Source: a virus (taxonomy: Duplodnaviria; Heunggongvirae; Uroviricota; Caudoviricetes). Taken from it: a stretch of DNA of 35,749 bases. This document shows positions 26,846 to 34,945 of this stretch, piece by piece. The notes under the pieces were generated by a model. It was not told the origin of the DNA. It did no database searches and worked only from the letters and a program-made list of their open reading frames with translations. Position numbers and translations under genes: made by a program. The stretch is taken from the IMG/VR virus record IMGVR_UViG_2541047865_000003, one strand, 5' to 3'. Position 1 is the first letter of the stretch. Every line of letters starts with the position of its first letter.

Positions 26846-27379
26846 TTAATCCTGCCTTGGACAAGTCCAATAATCATTATCTGGCTCTGGTGAATAAGCT
26901 TTCAAACAACCTGCTCGCGGGGTCTTACCATCATCTGTCATAGGAACTTTTTCCTTATCAAGTTTCACGGTCAGGTCTCCACCAGGAACATCCGTTTTAT
27001 CGAAAAAAACAGCCTGACATGCTGATTTAGATATTTTCACTTCGTGGGCATTATTTGATATGAACAAATAACAATTATGACCAGAGGCTATGTAGTCACT
27101 TGGAATATTATTTTCGTCTTTAATATGAAACTGCACCGTTGTCACCGGGCGTTCGCTATCCTCGGATACTTCGACTTTTTCAAAACTGTCCGCGTACTTA
27201 TCCAGGCCGGGGAGTTGTTGGCGAATAAACGGTAATTCGCGATTTACAACCGGATTATCTGTTTCAACGCTAAAAACCGCGTGCTCCTTAGCTGTGGTGG
27301 ACGTATCAGCAGGATCGGTATTATCTCCACACCCAGATAAAACAAATATCAACGGTAAAAATAATTTGCGCATAGTCAT
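26846..27379 (-). CDS. Lipoprotein of unknown function (177 aa), AT-rich moron downstream of the repressor
   Basis: Signal peptide MTMRKLFLPLIFVLSGC with lipobox; mature part has four more Cys; AT-rich codons; RBS ~35 nt after the repressor stop on the same strand. Confidence 0.65.
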   Translation of the reverse strand: MTMRKLFLPLIFVLSGCGDNTDPADTSTTAKEHAVFSVETDNPVVNRELPFIRQQLPGLDKYADSFEKVEVSEDSERPVTTVQFHIKDENNIPSDYIASGHNCYLFISNNAHEVKISKSACQAVFFDKTDVPGGDLTVKLDKEKVPMTDDGKTPRAGCLKAYSPEPDNDYWTCPRQD

Positions 27380-27414
27380 GTCCTTATACCTCTAATGTTC
27401 TTAATAGGAACAGA

Positions 27415-27825
27415 TTAACCCGTATTTTTTAATCTTTCGAACGCTGCGGACAGCTCCTTAAGCTGTTTTTCCATATCAATCATTCGCTGTTTTTCCTCAG
27501 CGCCTCGCAGCAACTCTTTTCGCACCTCTGGCTCCAGTTGGTTGAGCAGCTCCAATAACTTCAGATCAGACTGGTTGAAATGCTGCTCCTGATTAGCTGG
27601 CTGTGCTTTCTCTACCCCAACAGCTTCCCCTTTACCAGTAAGTAGCCAATCTATTGATATGTTCAAATGGGTGCTTAGCGCAACAAGAGCCTCTGCATTA
27701 GGTTCTCTCTCTCCACGCAGATAGTTTTGAAGTGAGCGATATGGAATTTTTGACAAGTCTGACAATGCCTTAATTGTCAGACCCTTAGCATCCATCGCTT
27801 CGCGCAATCTCTCTTTTATACTCAT
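27415..27825 (-). CDS. Prophage repressor (XRE-family HTH)
   Basis: Start at MSIKERLREAMDAKGLTIKALSDLSKIPYRSLQNYLRGER… (HTH), C-terminal coiled-coil-like region. Divergent from the early operon across an ~88-bp promoter/operator region. Confidence 0.7.
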   Translation of the reverse strand: MSIKERLREAMDAKGLTIKALSDLSKIPYRSLQNYLRGEREPNAEALVALSTHLNISIDWLLTGKGEAVGVEKAQPANQEQHFNQSDLKLLELLNQLEPEVRKELLRGAEEKQRMIDMEKQLKELSAAFERLKNTG

Positions 27826-27841
27826 TTGAACATATCTCAAT

Positions 27842-27869
27842 TTGACATACCCGTTTGGGTGCGTACAAT
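27842..27869 (+). promoter_or_regulatory. Candidate sigma70 early promoter (TTGACA-16-TACAAT) with overlapping operator dyad
   Basis: TTGACA at ~27842-27847 and TACAAT at ~27864-27869, upstream of the Ner-like gene. Inverted repeat TTGGGT(N11)ACCCAA straddles the -10; a further ACCCAA lies ~20 bp downstream. Confidence 0.5.
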
Positions 27870-27913
27870 AGACCCAATAGAGTACATCATAACCCAACAG
27901 GAACACGGTGCAT

Positions 27914-28138
27914 ATGAACAAACAACAAGTTCGGGCACGGCTGGTTGAAAGAGGCAGTAGCTTGCGCCAGTTCGCGCTTAACGCGGGCTATGAGCCACGA
28001 ACAGTCACCCAGGCTGTCAGCCGCTGGGCAGGCAAAAGCGAACTTCCACGCGGTCGTTTGACTTATCGGATTTTGCGAGACCTTTCGGTCGCAATAGGCA
28101 AAGAAGTTACCCCCGGCATCCTCAAGGAGGCGTCATGA
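27914..28138 (+). CDS. Ner-like DNA-binding early regulator
   Basis: …LRQFALNAGYEPRTVTQAVSRWAGKSE… resembles the Mu Ner core; first gene of the early operon, divergent from the repressor. Confidence 0.65.
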   Translation: MNKQQVRARLVERGSSLRQFALNAGYEPRTVTQAVSRWAGKSELPRGRLTYRILRDLSVAIGKEVTPGILKEAS

Positions 28139-28440
28139 GTAAACCAAATACATCAAGCTCAGGTACCCGTATTTTGCGTGTCCTTAAGGCTTTACGCGGT
28201 CACGCTCTGAACGGTGTTTCTAACGGCGAGCTGGCGTCAGCTCTGGGCGAGTCCCCGGCGAATATCAATCGGGCGCTCAATACCCTTATCGAAGAAGGAC
28301 TGGCCCTGAAACTGGATAACGGGCGTTTTGCCCCAGGAGTCCAGCTCTTACAAATCGCCATGGCGCACAGTACCGAAATGGCGCGGGCGCAGGATCGTAT
28401 CAATGAAATTAACCAGCGTGTTATGGCTGGTAGTCGCTAA
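28135..28440 (+). CDS. Winged-helix/HTH DNA-binding protein (IclR-N-like), 101 aa
   Basis: …VSNGELASALGESPANINRALNTLIEEGLA… HTH-like segment; ATGA overlap with the Ner-like stop. Confidence 0.5.
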   Translation: MSKPNTSSSGTRILRVLKALRGHALNGVSNGELASALGESPANINRALNTLIEEGLALKLDNGRFAPGVQLLQIAMAHSTEMARAQDRINEINQRVMAGSR

Positions 28441-28449
28441 GGAGTTGAA

Positions 28450-29358
28450 ATGGGACGCACAAAATCACAACCAGTTGAACTAGTGGAAGATGCACCGCTG
28501 ACCGATGGTCTCAGTGTCAGTCTTAATGCTATGTCCGAACATCGCCTCGAAATCATGCAGCAGTTTGGTGATGGCCTGCCGTATGAACGTGATCGTATTG
28601 TCCATGAAACACGTTTTTATATGGCTCAGAGTGCTGAAGCCATGCTGGAGGCGGGTAAACGACTGGTAATTCTCAAAGAAAATGAACCACATGGTGACTT
28701 CATCGACATCGTTGAGTCTCAGTTGTCCCTGTCCAAACGTACCGCGCAGGTGATGATGCAAGCATCCCTCAAATATTTGTCTCCCAAGCTTGAACCAAAA
28801 GCGCAAGCGCTTGCGCTTTTGGGTAAAACAAAGCTGTTTGAGTTGATGACGGAAGATGACGAAGACCTCGTCGAATTAGCCGATGGCGGCACGATTGCTG
28901 GTATGAGCCTCGATGATATTGATCGCATGACAAGCCGCGAACTGAAAGCGGCCCTACGCGAAGCGCGTGAAACCAACGCAGCACAACAGCGCGTGCTTGC
29001 CGACAAAAACGAAAAAATCGACTCGCTCTCCACAAAACTGGAGAAGAAATCCCGTATCCAGCCGCCCAAGCCTGACGAAGAGGTGAAGAAGCTGCGTGCG
29101 GAAGTTACAGCGTTAGCGGTTGAGGCGGAATCTGCCATCGCCGTTCGACTGTCCAGCGCCTTTGAGACCCTGTGCGCATACTGTGCTGAAAATATGATTG
29201 ATACCCCCAGAGACTTTATGGCCGGTCTGGTCTGCCAGTTGGAAAGCACCGCGCGTAGCCTGCGCTCCACATTTGACCTGCCGGACGAGCCGACAGGCAA
29301 CGCCGCCCCTTCATGGCTGACTGACCCGACGCCAGAGATTAACGGGCAGGAGGCATAA
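28450..29358 (+). CDS. Hypothetical early protein (302 aa)
   Basis: Strong RBS (AAGGAG); acidic/coiled-coil-rich; sits between the regulators and the transposase, where Mu has no gene. Confidence 0.5.
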   Translation: MGRTKSQPVELVEDAPLTDGLSVSLNAMSEHRLEIMQQFGDGLPYERDRIVHETRFYMAQSAEAMLEAGKRLVILKENEPHGDFIDIVESQLSLSKRTAQVMMQASLKYLSPKLEPKAQALALLGKTKLFELMTEDDEDLVELADGGTIAGMSLDDIDRMTSRELKAALREARETNAAQQRVLADKNEKIDSLSTKLEKKSRIQPPKPDEEVKKLRAEVTALAVEAESAIAVRLSSAFETLCAYCAENMIDTPRDFMAGLVCQLESTARSLRSTFDLPDEPTGNAAPSWLTDPTPEINGQEA

Positions 29359-29361
29359 CCC

Positions 29362-31131
29362 ATGAGTGCCGCCCTGACTGAACGACTGGTTTATGTTGCC
29401 CGCGCGGCACGTGACGCGGGGCATGGTAAGCGTGGTGCGATATATGATGCCGCCTGCGCCGAACTGGGCATTTCCCGCGCCACCCTGCTGCGCAAGCTGA
29501 AGGAGGTATCAGTGACTGACAAACGTAAAAAACGCGCCGATGCCGGGCGCAGTGCCCTGAGCCGCGACGAAGCCGCGCTGATATCTGCCACGCTGCGCGA
29601 GGCCACCCGTAAGAACGGTAAGCGCCTGTATTCCATCGCGGATGCGGTGGAGACCCTGCGGTCAAACGGCTTTATCACTGCTGGCAGAACGGACGAGGCC
29701 ACAGGCGAGTTTTTCCCGCTGTCCGAGGACACCATCAGCCGCGCCCTGCGGAACTATGGTCTGCACCCGGAACAGCTTGACGCACCGGCCCCGTCGTCCG
29801 AGATGGCCAGCCTGCATCCCAATCACGTCTGGGAGATTGATGCCTCACTTTGTACGCTTTACTACCTGAGCAACGGCCATAAAGGGTTGCAGGTGATGGA
29901 CAGCTCGAAGTTCTACAAGAACAAGCCTGCCAACATCGCCCGCATCGCCAGTGACCGCGTGTGGAGTTACGAGATTACCGACCATACCAGCGGCTGGATT
30001 TACGTTGAGTACGTGATGGGTGCGGAATCTGGTGAGAACCTCTGTTCTGTGCTTATCAACGCCATGCAGGAGCGCGGCGGCGCGGACGTGCTGCACGGCG
30101 TGCCGAAAATACTCTACCTTGATCCCGGTTCGGCGAACACCGCTGGCATGACGAAAAACATGTGCCGCTCGCTGGGCATCAATCTGATAGCGCACAAGCC
30201 GCATAACGCCCGCGCCACCGGGCAGGTGGAAAAGGCCCGTGACATTATCGAACGTAAACTGGAGCCGGGTCTCAAATTCCAGCCGGTTCATAGCCTGGAC
30301 GAACTGAACGCGCTGGCGGTGAAATGGCGCAGCCACTTTAACGCCACGGCGGTCCACAGCCGCCACGGTAAAACCCGCACGGATATCTGGCTGAAGATTA
30401 CTGCTGACCAGCTGAAAAAAGCGCCATCCGTTGAGGTTTGCCGCGAACTGGCGGTGGCCGCACCGGAACTCCGTAAGGTCACACCAAAACTGCGCGTCTC
30501 GTTCCGGGGCAATGAGTTTGACGTTTCGACGGTACCGGGCGTACTGGTCGGCGAAAAACTGATGATTACCCGTAACCCGTGGCGCAGCGATGTGGCGCAG
30601 GTGGTGCTGACCGGTGAGGACGGTCACGAGACGTTCTTCCTGGTCGAAGAGGTCAGAAAGAACGAGTTCGGCTTTGCCGAAAGCGCGGCGGTATTTGGCG
30701 AAAACTACAAAGCCCTGCCGGAGACCCCGGCGCAGACGGCGGCAAAAGAAATCGAAGAGCTGGTTACGGGCACCGATAACGCCACCGATGCAGCTGCTGC
30801 ACGCAAGGCGAAGGCGCTGCCGTTCGGCGGGCGACTTGACCCGTACAAACATATCGACGACACCACGCTTCCGGCCTATATGCCGAAGCGCGGTCAGGCT
30901 TCAGACGTGCGCGGGCCGCGTATTGAGCAGCGTCCGCTGACCCATGTGGAGGCGGCGAAAGCCCTGCGCGAGAAGTTTGGCGCTAACGGCCATATCTGGA
31001 CGCCGGAACATTACCGCCAGTTAACGGCGCAGTACCCGGATGGCGTACCTGAAGCCGCGCTGGATGAGGTGATGGTTACCCTGACCACTCCGGCCCGCAA
31101 CAGCGTTATCAGCATCGTTAACGGTAACTGA
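29362..31131 (+). CDS. DDE transposase (Mu A-like)
   Basis: 589 aa with an N-terminal DNA-binding region and candidate DDE residues (WEIDAS, LYLDPGS, HNARATGQVEKAR); followed by the AAA+ ATPase partner; RBS GGAGG. Confidence 0.8.
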   Translation: MSAALTERLVYVARAARDAGHGKRGAIYDAACAELGISRATLLRKLKEVSVTDKRKKRADAGRSALSRDEAALISATLREATRKNGKRLYSIADAVETLRSNGFITAGRTDEATGEFFPLSEDTISRALRNYGLHPEQLDAPAPSSEMASLHPNHVWEIDASLCTLYYLSNGHKGLQVMDSSKFYKNKPANIARIASDRVWSYEITDHTSGWIYVEYVMGAESGENLCSVLINAMQERGGADVLHGVPKILYLDPGSANTAGMTKNMCRSLGINLIAHKPHNARATGQVEKARDIIERKLEPGLKFQPVHSLDELNALAVKWRSHFNATAVHSRHGKTRTDIWLKITADQLKKAPSVEVCRELAVAAPELRKVTPKLRVSFRGNEFDVSTVPGVLVGEKLMITRNPWRSDVAQVVLTGEDGHETFFLVEEVRKNEFGFAESAAVFGENYKALPETPAQTAAKEIEELVTGTDNATDAAAARKAKALPFGGRLDPYKHIDDTTLPAYMPKRGQASDVRGPRIEQRPLTHVEAAKALREKFGANGHIWTPEHYRQLTAQYPDGVPEAALDEVMVTLTTPARNSVISIVNGN

Positions 31132-31141
31132 GGAGGAAGGC

Positions 31142-32308
31142 ATGCTGGTACTGAAGCAACAACTGAAAGAGGCCCGCATCCCGCAGGCGGTGGTGGCAAG
31201 AGCCGTCGCCGTTTCCGAGGCCACGCTGGCCCAGATTGTGAACCATAACGAGTGGCCACGCACCAGCCCCGAAGAGGTACGCCAGCGTCTGGCGTTGTAT
31301 CTGGAAAGTAAGGGGATTGATACAGCGAAAAGTTTTGATGCTGCACAGGGCGCTGTCACGCCCCGTACAGCGGGTACTACCGATAAAACCAACCTCAGTG
31401 AGGAAGAGAACATGTTACTCAAAAAGCAGGTGTTATTTCCAGCAACCAAAAAAGCGTTTGGCCTTTTCCGTGATCCGTTCGCCGATGAAGCCATGCAGGG
31501 CGCGGACGATGTGTTCACCACGCCGGATATCCGCTACGTGCGTGAGGCGCTGTTCCAGACCGCCCGCCATGGTGGCTTTCTGGCGGTTATCGGCGAGTCC
31601 GGTGCGGGTAAATCCACGCTGCGCCGCGACCTGATTGAACGCGTCAACCGCGAGAACGCGCCGGTGATTGTAATTGAGCCATACATCATCGCCATGGAAG
31701 ACAACGACGTGAAGGGCAAAACCCTGAAGGCGGCAGCTATCGCCGAGGCCATCATCAGCACCATCGCGCCGCTGGAGAGTATCAAACGCAGCCAGGACGC
31801 CCGCTTCCGCCAGTTGCACCGCGTCCTGAAGGACAGCAGTCAGGCGGGTTTCAGCCACGTTCTGGTGATTGAGGAGGCCCACAGCCTTCCCATTCCGACG
31901 CTGAAGCACCTTAAACGCTTCTTCGAACTGGAGTCCGGCTTCAAAAAACTGCTGTCCATCGTGCTGATTGGCCAGCCTGAACTGGCGGACAAACTGTCCG
32001 AACGCAACATGGAAGTCCGTGAGGTCGTCCAGCGCTGCGAGGTGGTTGAATTGCTGCCGCTGGACAACAGCCTCGAAGAGTTTCTGACGTTCAAACTGCA
32101 ACGTGCCGGTAAGCAGCTGGCCGACATCATGGACGCCAGCGCAGTGGAAGCCATCCGCGCCCGTCTGAGCAATCTGGGTAGTAGCCGTAAAAGCATGGTC
32201 AGCCTGCTGTATCCGCTGGCCGTCAGTAACCTGGTGATAGCCGCCATGAATCTGGCTGCTGAAATCGGGGTTCCGCAGGTCAACGCCGACGTCGTCAAAG
32301 GAGTTTAA
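31142..32308 (+). CDS. Transposition ATPase / target-DNA activator (Mu B-like AAA+)
   Basis: Walker A GESGAGKST, Walker B VLVIEEAH, N-terminal HTH-like region; immediately downstream of the transposase. Confidence 0.8.
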   Translation: MLVLKQQLKEARIPQAVVARAVAVSEATLAQIVNHNEWPRTSPEEVRQRLALYLESKGIDTAKSFDAAQGAVTPRTAGTTDKTNLSEEENMLLKKQVLFPATKKAFGLFRDPFADEAMQGADDVFTTPDIRYVREALFQTARHGGFLAVIGESGAGKSTLRRDLIERVNRENAPVIVIEPYIIAMEDNDVKGKTLKAAAIAEAIISTIAPLESIKRSQDARFRQLHRVLKDSSQAGFSHVLVIEEAHSLPIPTLKHLKRFFELESGFKKLLSIVLIGQPELADKLSERNMEVREVVQRCEVVELLPLDNSLEEFLTFKLQRAGKQLADIMDASAVEAIRARLSNLGSSRKSMVSLLYPLAVSNLVIAAMNLAAEIGVPQVNADVVKGV

Positions 32309-32310
32309 TC

Positions 32311-32580
32311 ATGAAATCCATCGCCGATATCAACCAGCAGATGAACAAGGTGCAGTCCGCCATTATGGCGCTCAACGCCATGAACACTACCGTGCAGAGC
32401 GTCATGATTGCTGGCAGTAAGCCGGTTATCCGTATCGCCCGCAACGGGCACTGTGCCCGCCTGCTGGAGCAGGGCAAAGCGAGTTATACCCATGTTGGCC
32501 ATGACGGCTCAGGGCGCTTCCGTCAGGGCGTCTTTGAGTTGCATGGCTGCCGTATTACCTGGTCAGAGTCGTTACATTAA
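32311..32580 (+). CDS. Hypothetical early protein (89 aa)
   Basis: AGGAG RBS; starts 3 nt after the B stop; several His/Cys residues. Confidence 0.45.
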   Translation: MKSIADINQQMNKVQSAIMALNAMNTTVQSVMIAGSKPVIRIARNGHCARLLEQGKASYTHVGHDGSGRFRQGVFELHGCRITWSESLH

Positions 32581-32597
32581 CCATAAGGTGAACAGAG

Positions 32598-33209
32598 ATG
32601 AGCGAAGTAAATAAAGAAAACTACATGAAAGACCGCAAGGGGCGTCTGGTGCCGGTTGACCAGGTGTCTGACTATGACCTTGCGATGGACTCTTTCGTTA
32701 AAGAACAGGTTGTCGCCGCGAAGGTTAAACGCGATGAACTCAGTGACTTCAAGCGTCGTGCCTTTGACGAGTGCTATGCCTGGCTTGACCTTGTGGCCGA
32801 GAAGTACGGCAGAACGCGTGGCGGTGCCAAAGGCAACGTGACCTTCAGCAGCTTCGACGGTGCTCAGCAGATCACCATCCGCGTGCAGGAAACCCTGACC
32901 TTCGGGCCAGAGCTGCAGATTGCCAAAGACCTGATAGACGAGTGCGTCACCGAGTGGTCGGAAGGCGCGAACGCCAACCTGCGGGCCATCATCAGCGATG
33001 CTTTTCAGGTGGACAAAGAGGGCCAGCTTAATACCGGACGTATTCTTTCCCTGCGCCGCGTCAAGATTCAGGACGAGCGCTGGAACCGGGCAATGGAGGC
33101 CATATCGGAATCACTGCAGGTGGCAATGTCCAAAACCTATATTAATTTCCGGGAGAAAGATAAACACGGGAAGCTAATTAATATTCCGTTAGATATCGCT
33201 GCCATTTAA
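32598..33209 (+). CDS. Hypothetical early protein (203 aa; possibly the DUF3164 family of Mu-like prophages)
   Basis: Occupies the semi-essential early region; family assignment is from memory only. Confidence 0.45.
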   Translation: MSEVNKENYMKDRKGRLVPVDQVSDYDLAMDSFVKEQVVAAKVKRDELSDFKRRAFDECYAWLDLVAEKYGRTRGGAKGNVTFSSFDGAQQITIRVQETLTFGPELQIAKDLIDECVTEWSEGANANLRAIISDAFQVDKEGQLNTGRILSLRRVKIQDERWNRAMEAISESLQVAMSKTYINFREKDKHGKLINIPLDIAAI

Positions 33210-33287
33210 TTTTAATTCAATTTCTTTTTATTTCGGCGTCAGTGCCGTGGGCTTCTGCACGCCGAAAACAGCATTAAGGAATAAATC

Positions 33288-33476
33288 ATGTCCATCAAAT
33301 GTATCAACTGCCAGAAAGGTATCACCACCCTGAAGTTCAGCGACGCCAGCGTCATTTCCTCCGGTAAGTACCGCGTACCAGCCGTCCTCATCACGCTGGT
33401 ATGCCCACACTGTAGCCAGCATTACTACACCGAAGTCCCGGCCATGGAATTCATCCCTTGTGAGGCAAAGAAATGA
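33288..33476 (+). CDS. Com-like zinc-ribbon protein (62 aa)
   Basis: Two Cys pairs (CINC…CPHC). Pattern and length resemble Mu Com as recalled from memory (MKSIRCKNC…CPRCKRH). AAGGAA RBS; 3' end overlaps the next gene (ATGA). Confidence 0.5.
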   Translation: MSIKCINCQKGITTLKFSDASVISSGKYRVPAVLITLVCPHCSQHYYTEVPAMEFIPCEAKK

Positions 33477-33745
33477 TTACTGCAAAAGAAGCCGAAAAAC
33501 GGACCCGTGAAATTGTCGCGGAATATATCAGTGAATGTGGTTGTGAAAATCCCAACCATATCCGGCAGGTATTAATCAAATTAATCAGCATGGCTTCACA
33601 CGCCATCGTAGCAACAAATGGCCTAGATCAGGCTATTTACGTTCTTCACGCCACCAGTGACCACCTGAGAAAAATGCCGCCGCTGTACGAGCTGGAAATT
33701 ACTGAGGACGGCCACGTGAAAGTTATCGGCGTATCACGCCATTGA
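33473..33745 (+). CDS. Hypothetical protein (90 aa), translationally coupled to the Com-like gene
   Basis: ATGA overlap with the Com-like ORF; no recognisable motif. Confidence 0.45.
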   Translation: MITAKEAEKRTREIVAEYISECGCENPNHIRQVLIKLISMASHAIVATNGLDQAIYVLHATSDHLRKMPPLYELEITEDGHVKVIGVSRH

Positions 33746-33760
33746 TTTGGGGAAGATAAG

Positions 33761-34057
33761 ATGAAAGGCATGAAATTATATAACCGTTCGACGATCTACA
33801 ATCTGGCCCTCAAAACCTTCGGCCCAGAAGCTCAGGCTCTGAAGCTGATGGAAGAAGCTGCCGAACTGGCCGCTGCTGCTGCCCGCAACATGAACGGACT
33901 GGGCAATGAAGTTGATCTGGCAGGCGAACTGGCTGACGTTGAAATCATGATTGAACAGTTCCGCCTAAACGGGATGGGCCTGATGATTGATTTTCATAAG
34001 CAGAAAAAGCTGGAACGCCTTGCCGAACGCCTGGGGGTGACTTATGCCGCAGAATAA
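33761..34057 (+). CDS. MazG-like nucleotide pyrophosphohydrolase-domain protein (98 aa)
   Basis: EExxEL (MEEAAELAAAA) and downstream ELADVE acidic motif typical of the MazG/HisE-like fold; size matches stand-alone phage MazG-like proteins. Confidence 0.5.
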   Translation: MKGMKLYNRSTIYNLALKTFGPEAQALKLMEEAAELAAAAARNMNGLGNEVDLAGELADVEIMIEQFRLNGMGLMIDFHKQKKLERLAERLGVTYAAE

Positions 34058-34733
34058 TGAAAAGCTGCTGGAGAAGTTAAAAAAGCTACTTGCGCTGGCT
34101 AAATCCGATAACCCCCATGAAGCGGCACTGGCACTGCAACGCGCCCAGAAACTGATGCAGGCCTATAACATCACCCAGGCTGACCTCGCACTCAGTGATA
34201 TTGATGAAAGCGTCAGTAACTACTGGGCTGCAGGTAGCGTTAATCCGCCGCGTTATATGCTGGGTCTGCTGGATATTATCCAGGTGGCATTTGGCGTTAA
34301 GTCTATTATTCACTCCGGCTTTAAACCCGGCGTTGGCTTTTACGGTAATAAAGACCGGGTTGAACTGGCCTCATATACATGGGAGGTACTGGCCAGACAG
34401 TTAATCATGGCCCGTAAAAACTATATTCGACAGCAGAATAAAAGAATCAAAAACACGACCAAGACCAGCCGTGGTGACAAATTTGCCGAAGGGTGGGTTC
34501 TGGCCGTGCGTAGCGAGGTTCATTTATTTGCTATGTCCCGCGAAGAACGGGAGCTGGCAAACCTCTGGCTTGAACAAAAATACCCTGATTCAGGAACAAC
34601 CTCTGGCCGCAAAGCCGGTAAATCCCGTGACGCGGACATGTCCCGCCACATCGGTTACAGAGAGGGAGAAAACGTCCGTCTACATCAGCCTGTCAGCGGG
34701 CAGGAACAGCGGAAGCTGGGGAGTGGCTTATGA
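34044..34733 (+). CDS. Hypothetical early protein (229 aa)
   Basis: Helical N-terminus (LLEKLKKLLALAKSDNPHEAALALQRAQKLM) and basic C-terminal region; GGGGGTGA RBS. Confidence 0.45.
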   Translation: MPQNNEKLLEKLKKLLALAKSDNPHEAALALQRAQKLMQAYNITQADLALSDIDESVSNYWAAGSVNPPRYMLGLLDIIQVAFGVKSIIHSGFKPGVGFYGNKDRVELASYTWEVLARQLIMARKNYIRQQNKRIKNTTKTSRGDKFAEGWVLAVRSEVHLFAMSREERELANLWLEQKYPDSGTTSGRKAGKSRDADMSRHIGYREGENVRLHQPVSGQEQRKLGSGL

Positions 34734-34945
34734 TGGCTGAATCAATTGTATGTGCCTTGTTCTGGTATGGTCTCGTGGGGTGGTGTACTGCTGAACTGCA
34801 CCGCCGTTCAGGGTTTTACTCACGTTACAGCGGTACCGGACACTGGATCAGTTGGGCCGTTATGTTCCTGTGCTGGCCTGTCGCGCTTCCTTTATATGTC
34901 GACTATATCGGTGGCGCAGGTAAAAGGAGTGGCAATGATGACTAA
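34730..34945 (+). CDS. Small hydrophobic protein (71 aa, two predicted TM helices)
   Basis: ATGATG overlap with the upstream stop; Trp-rich hydrophobic segments. Confidence 0.4.
   Translation: MMAESIVCALFWYGLVGWCTAELHRRSGFYSRYSGTGHWISWAVMFLCWPVALPLYVDYIGGAGKRSGNDD

Noticed and set aside
25814-27414. Possible second prophage end between the late and early arms (two abutting prophages)
   Set aside because: No sequence resembling the terminal motif at 1603-1650 in either orientation and no host-like genes; the region holds only phage-type genes and terminator-like hairpins. Not fully excluded without the far end.
33228-33422. 64-aa ORF on the minus strand
   Set aside because: Overlaps the better-supported Com-like plus-strand ORF, which has an RBS and zinc-ribbon Cys pairs.
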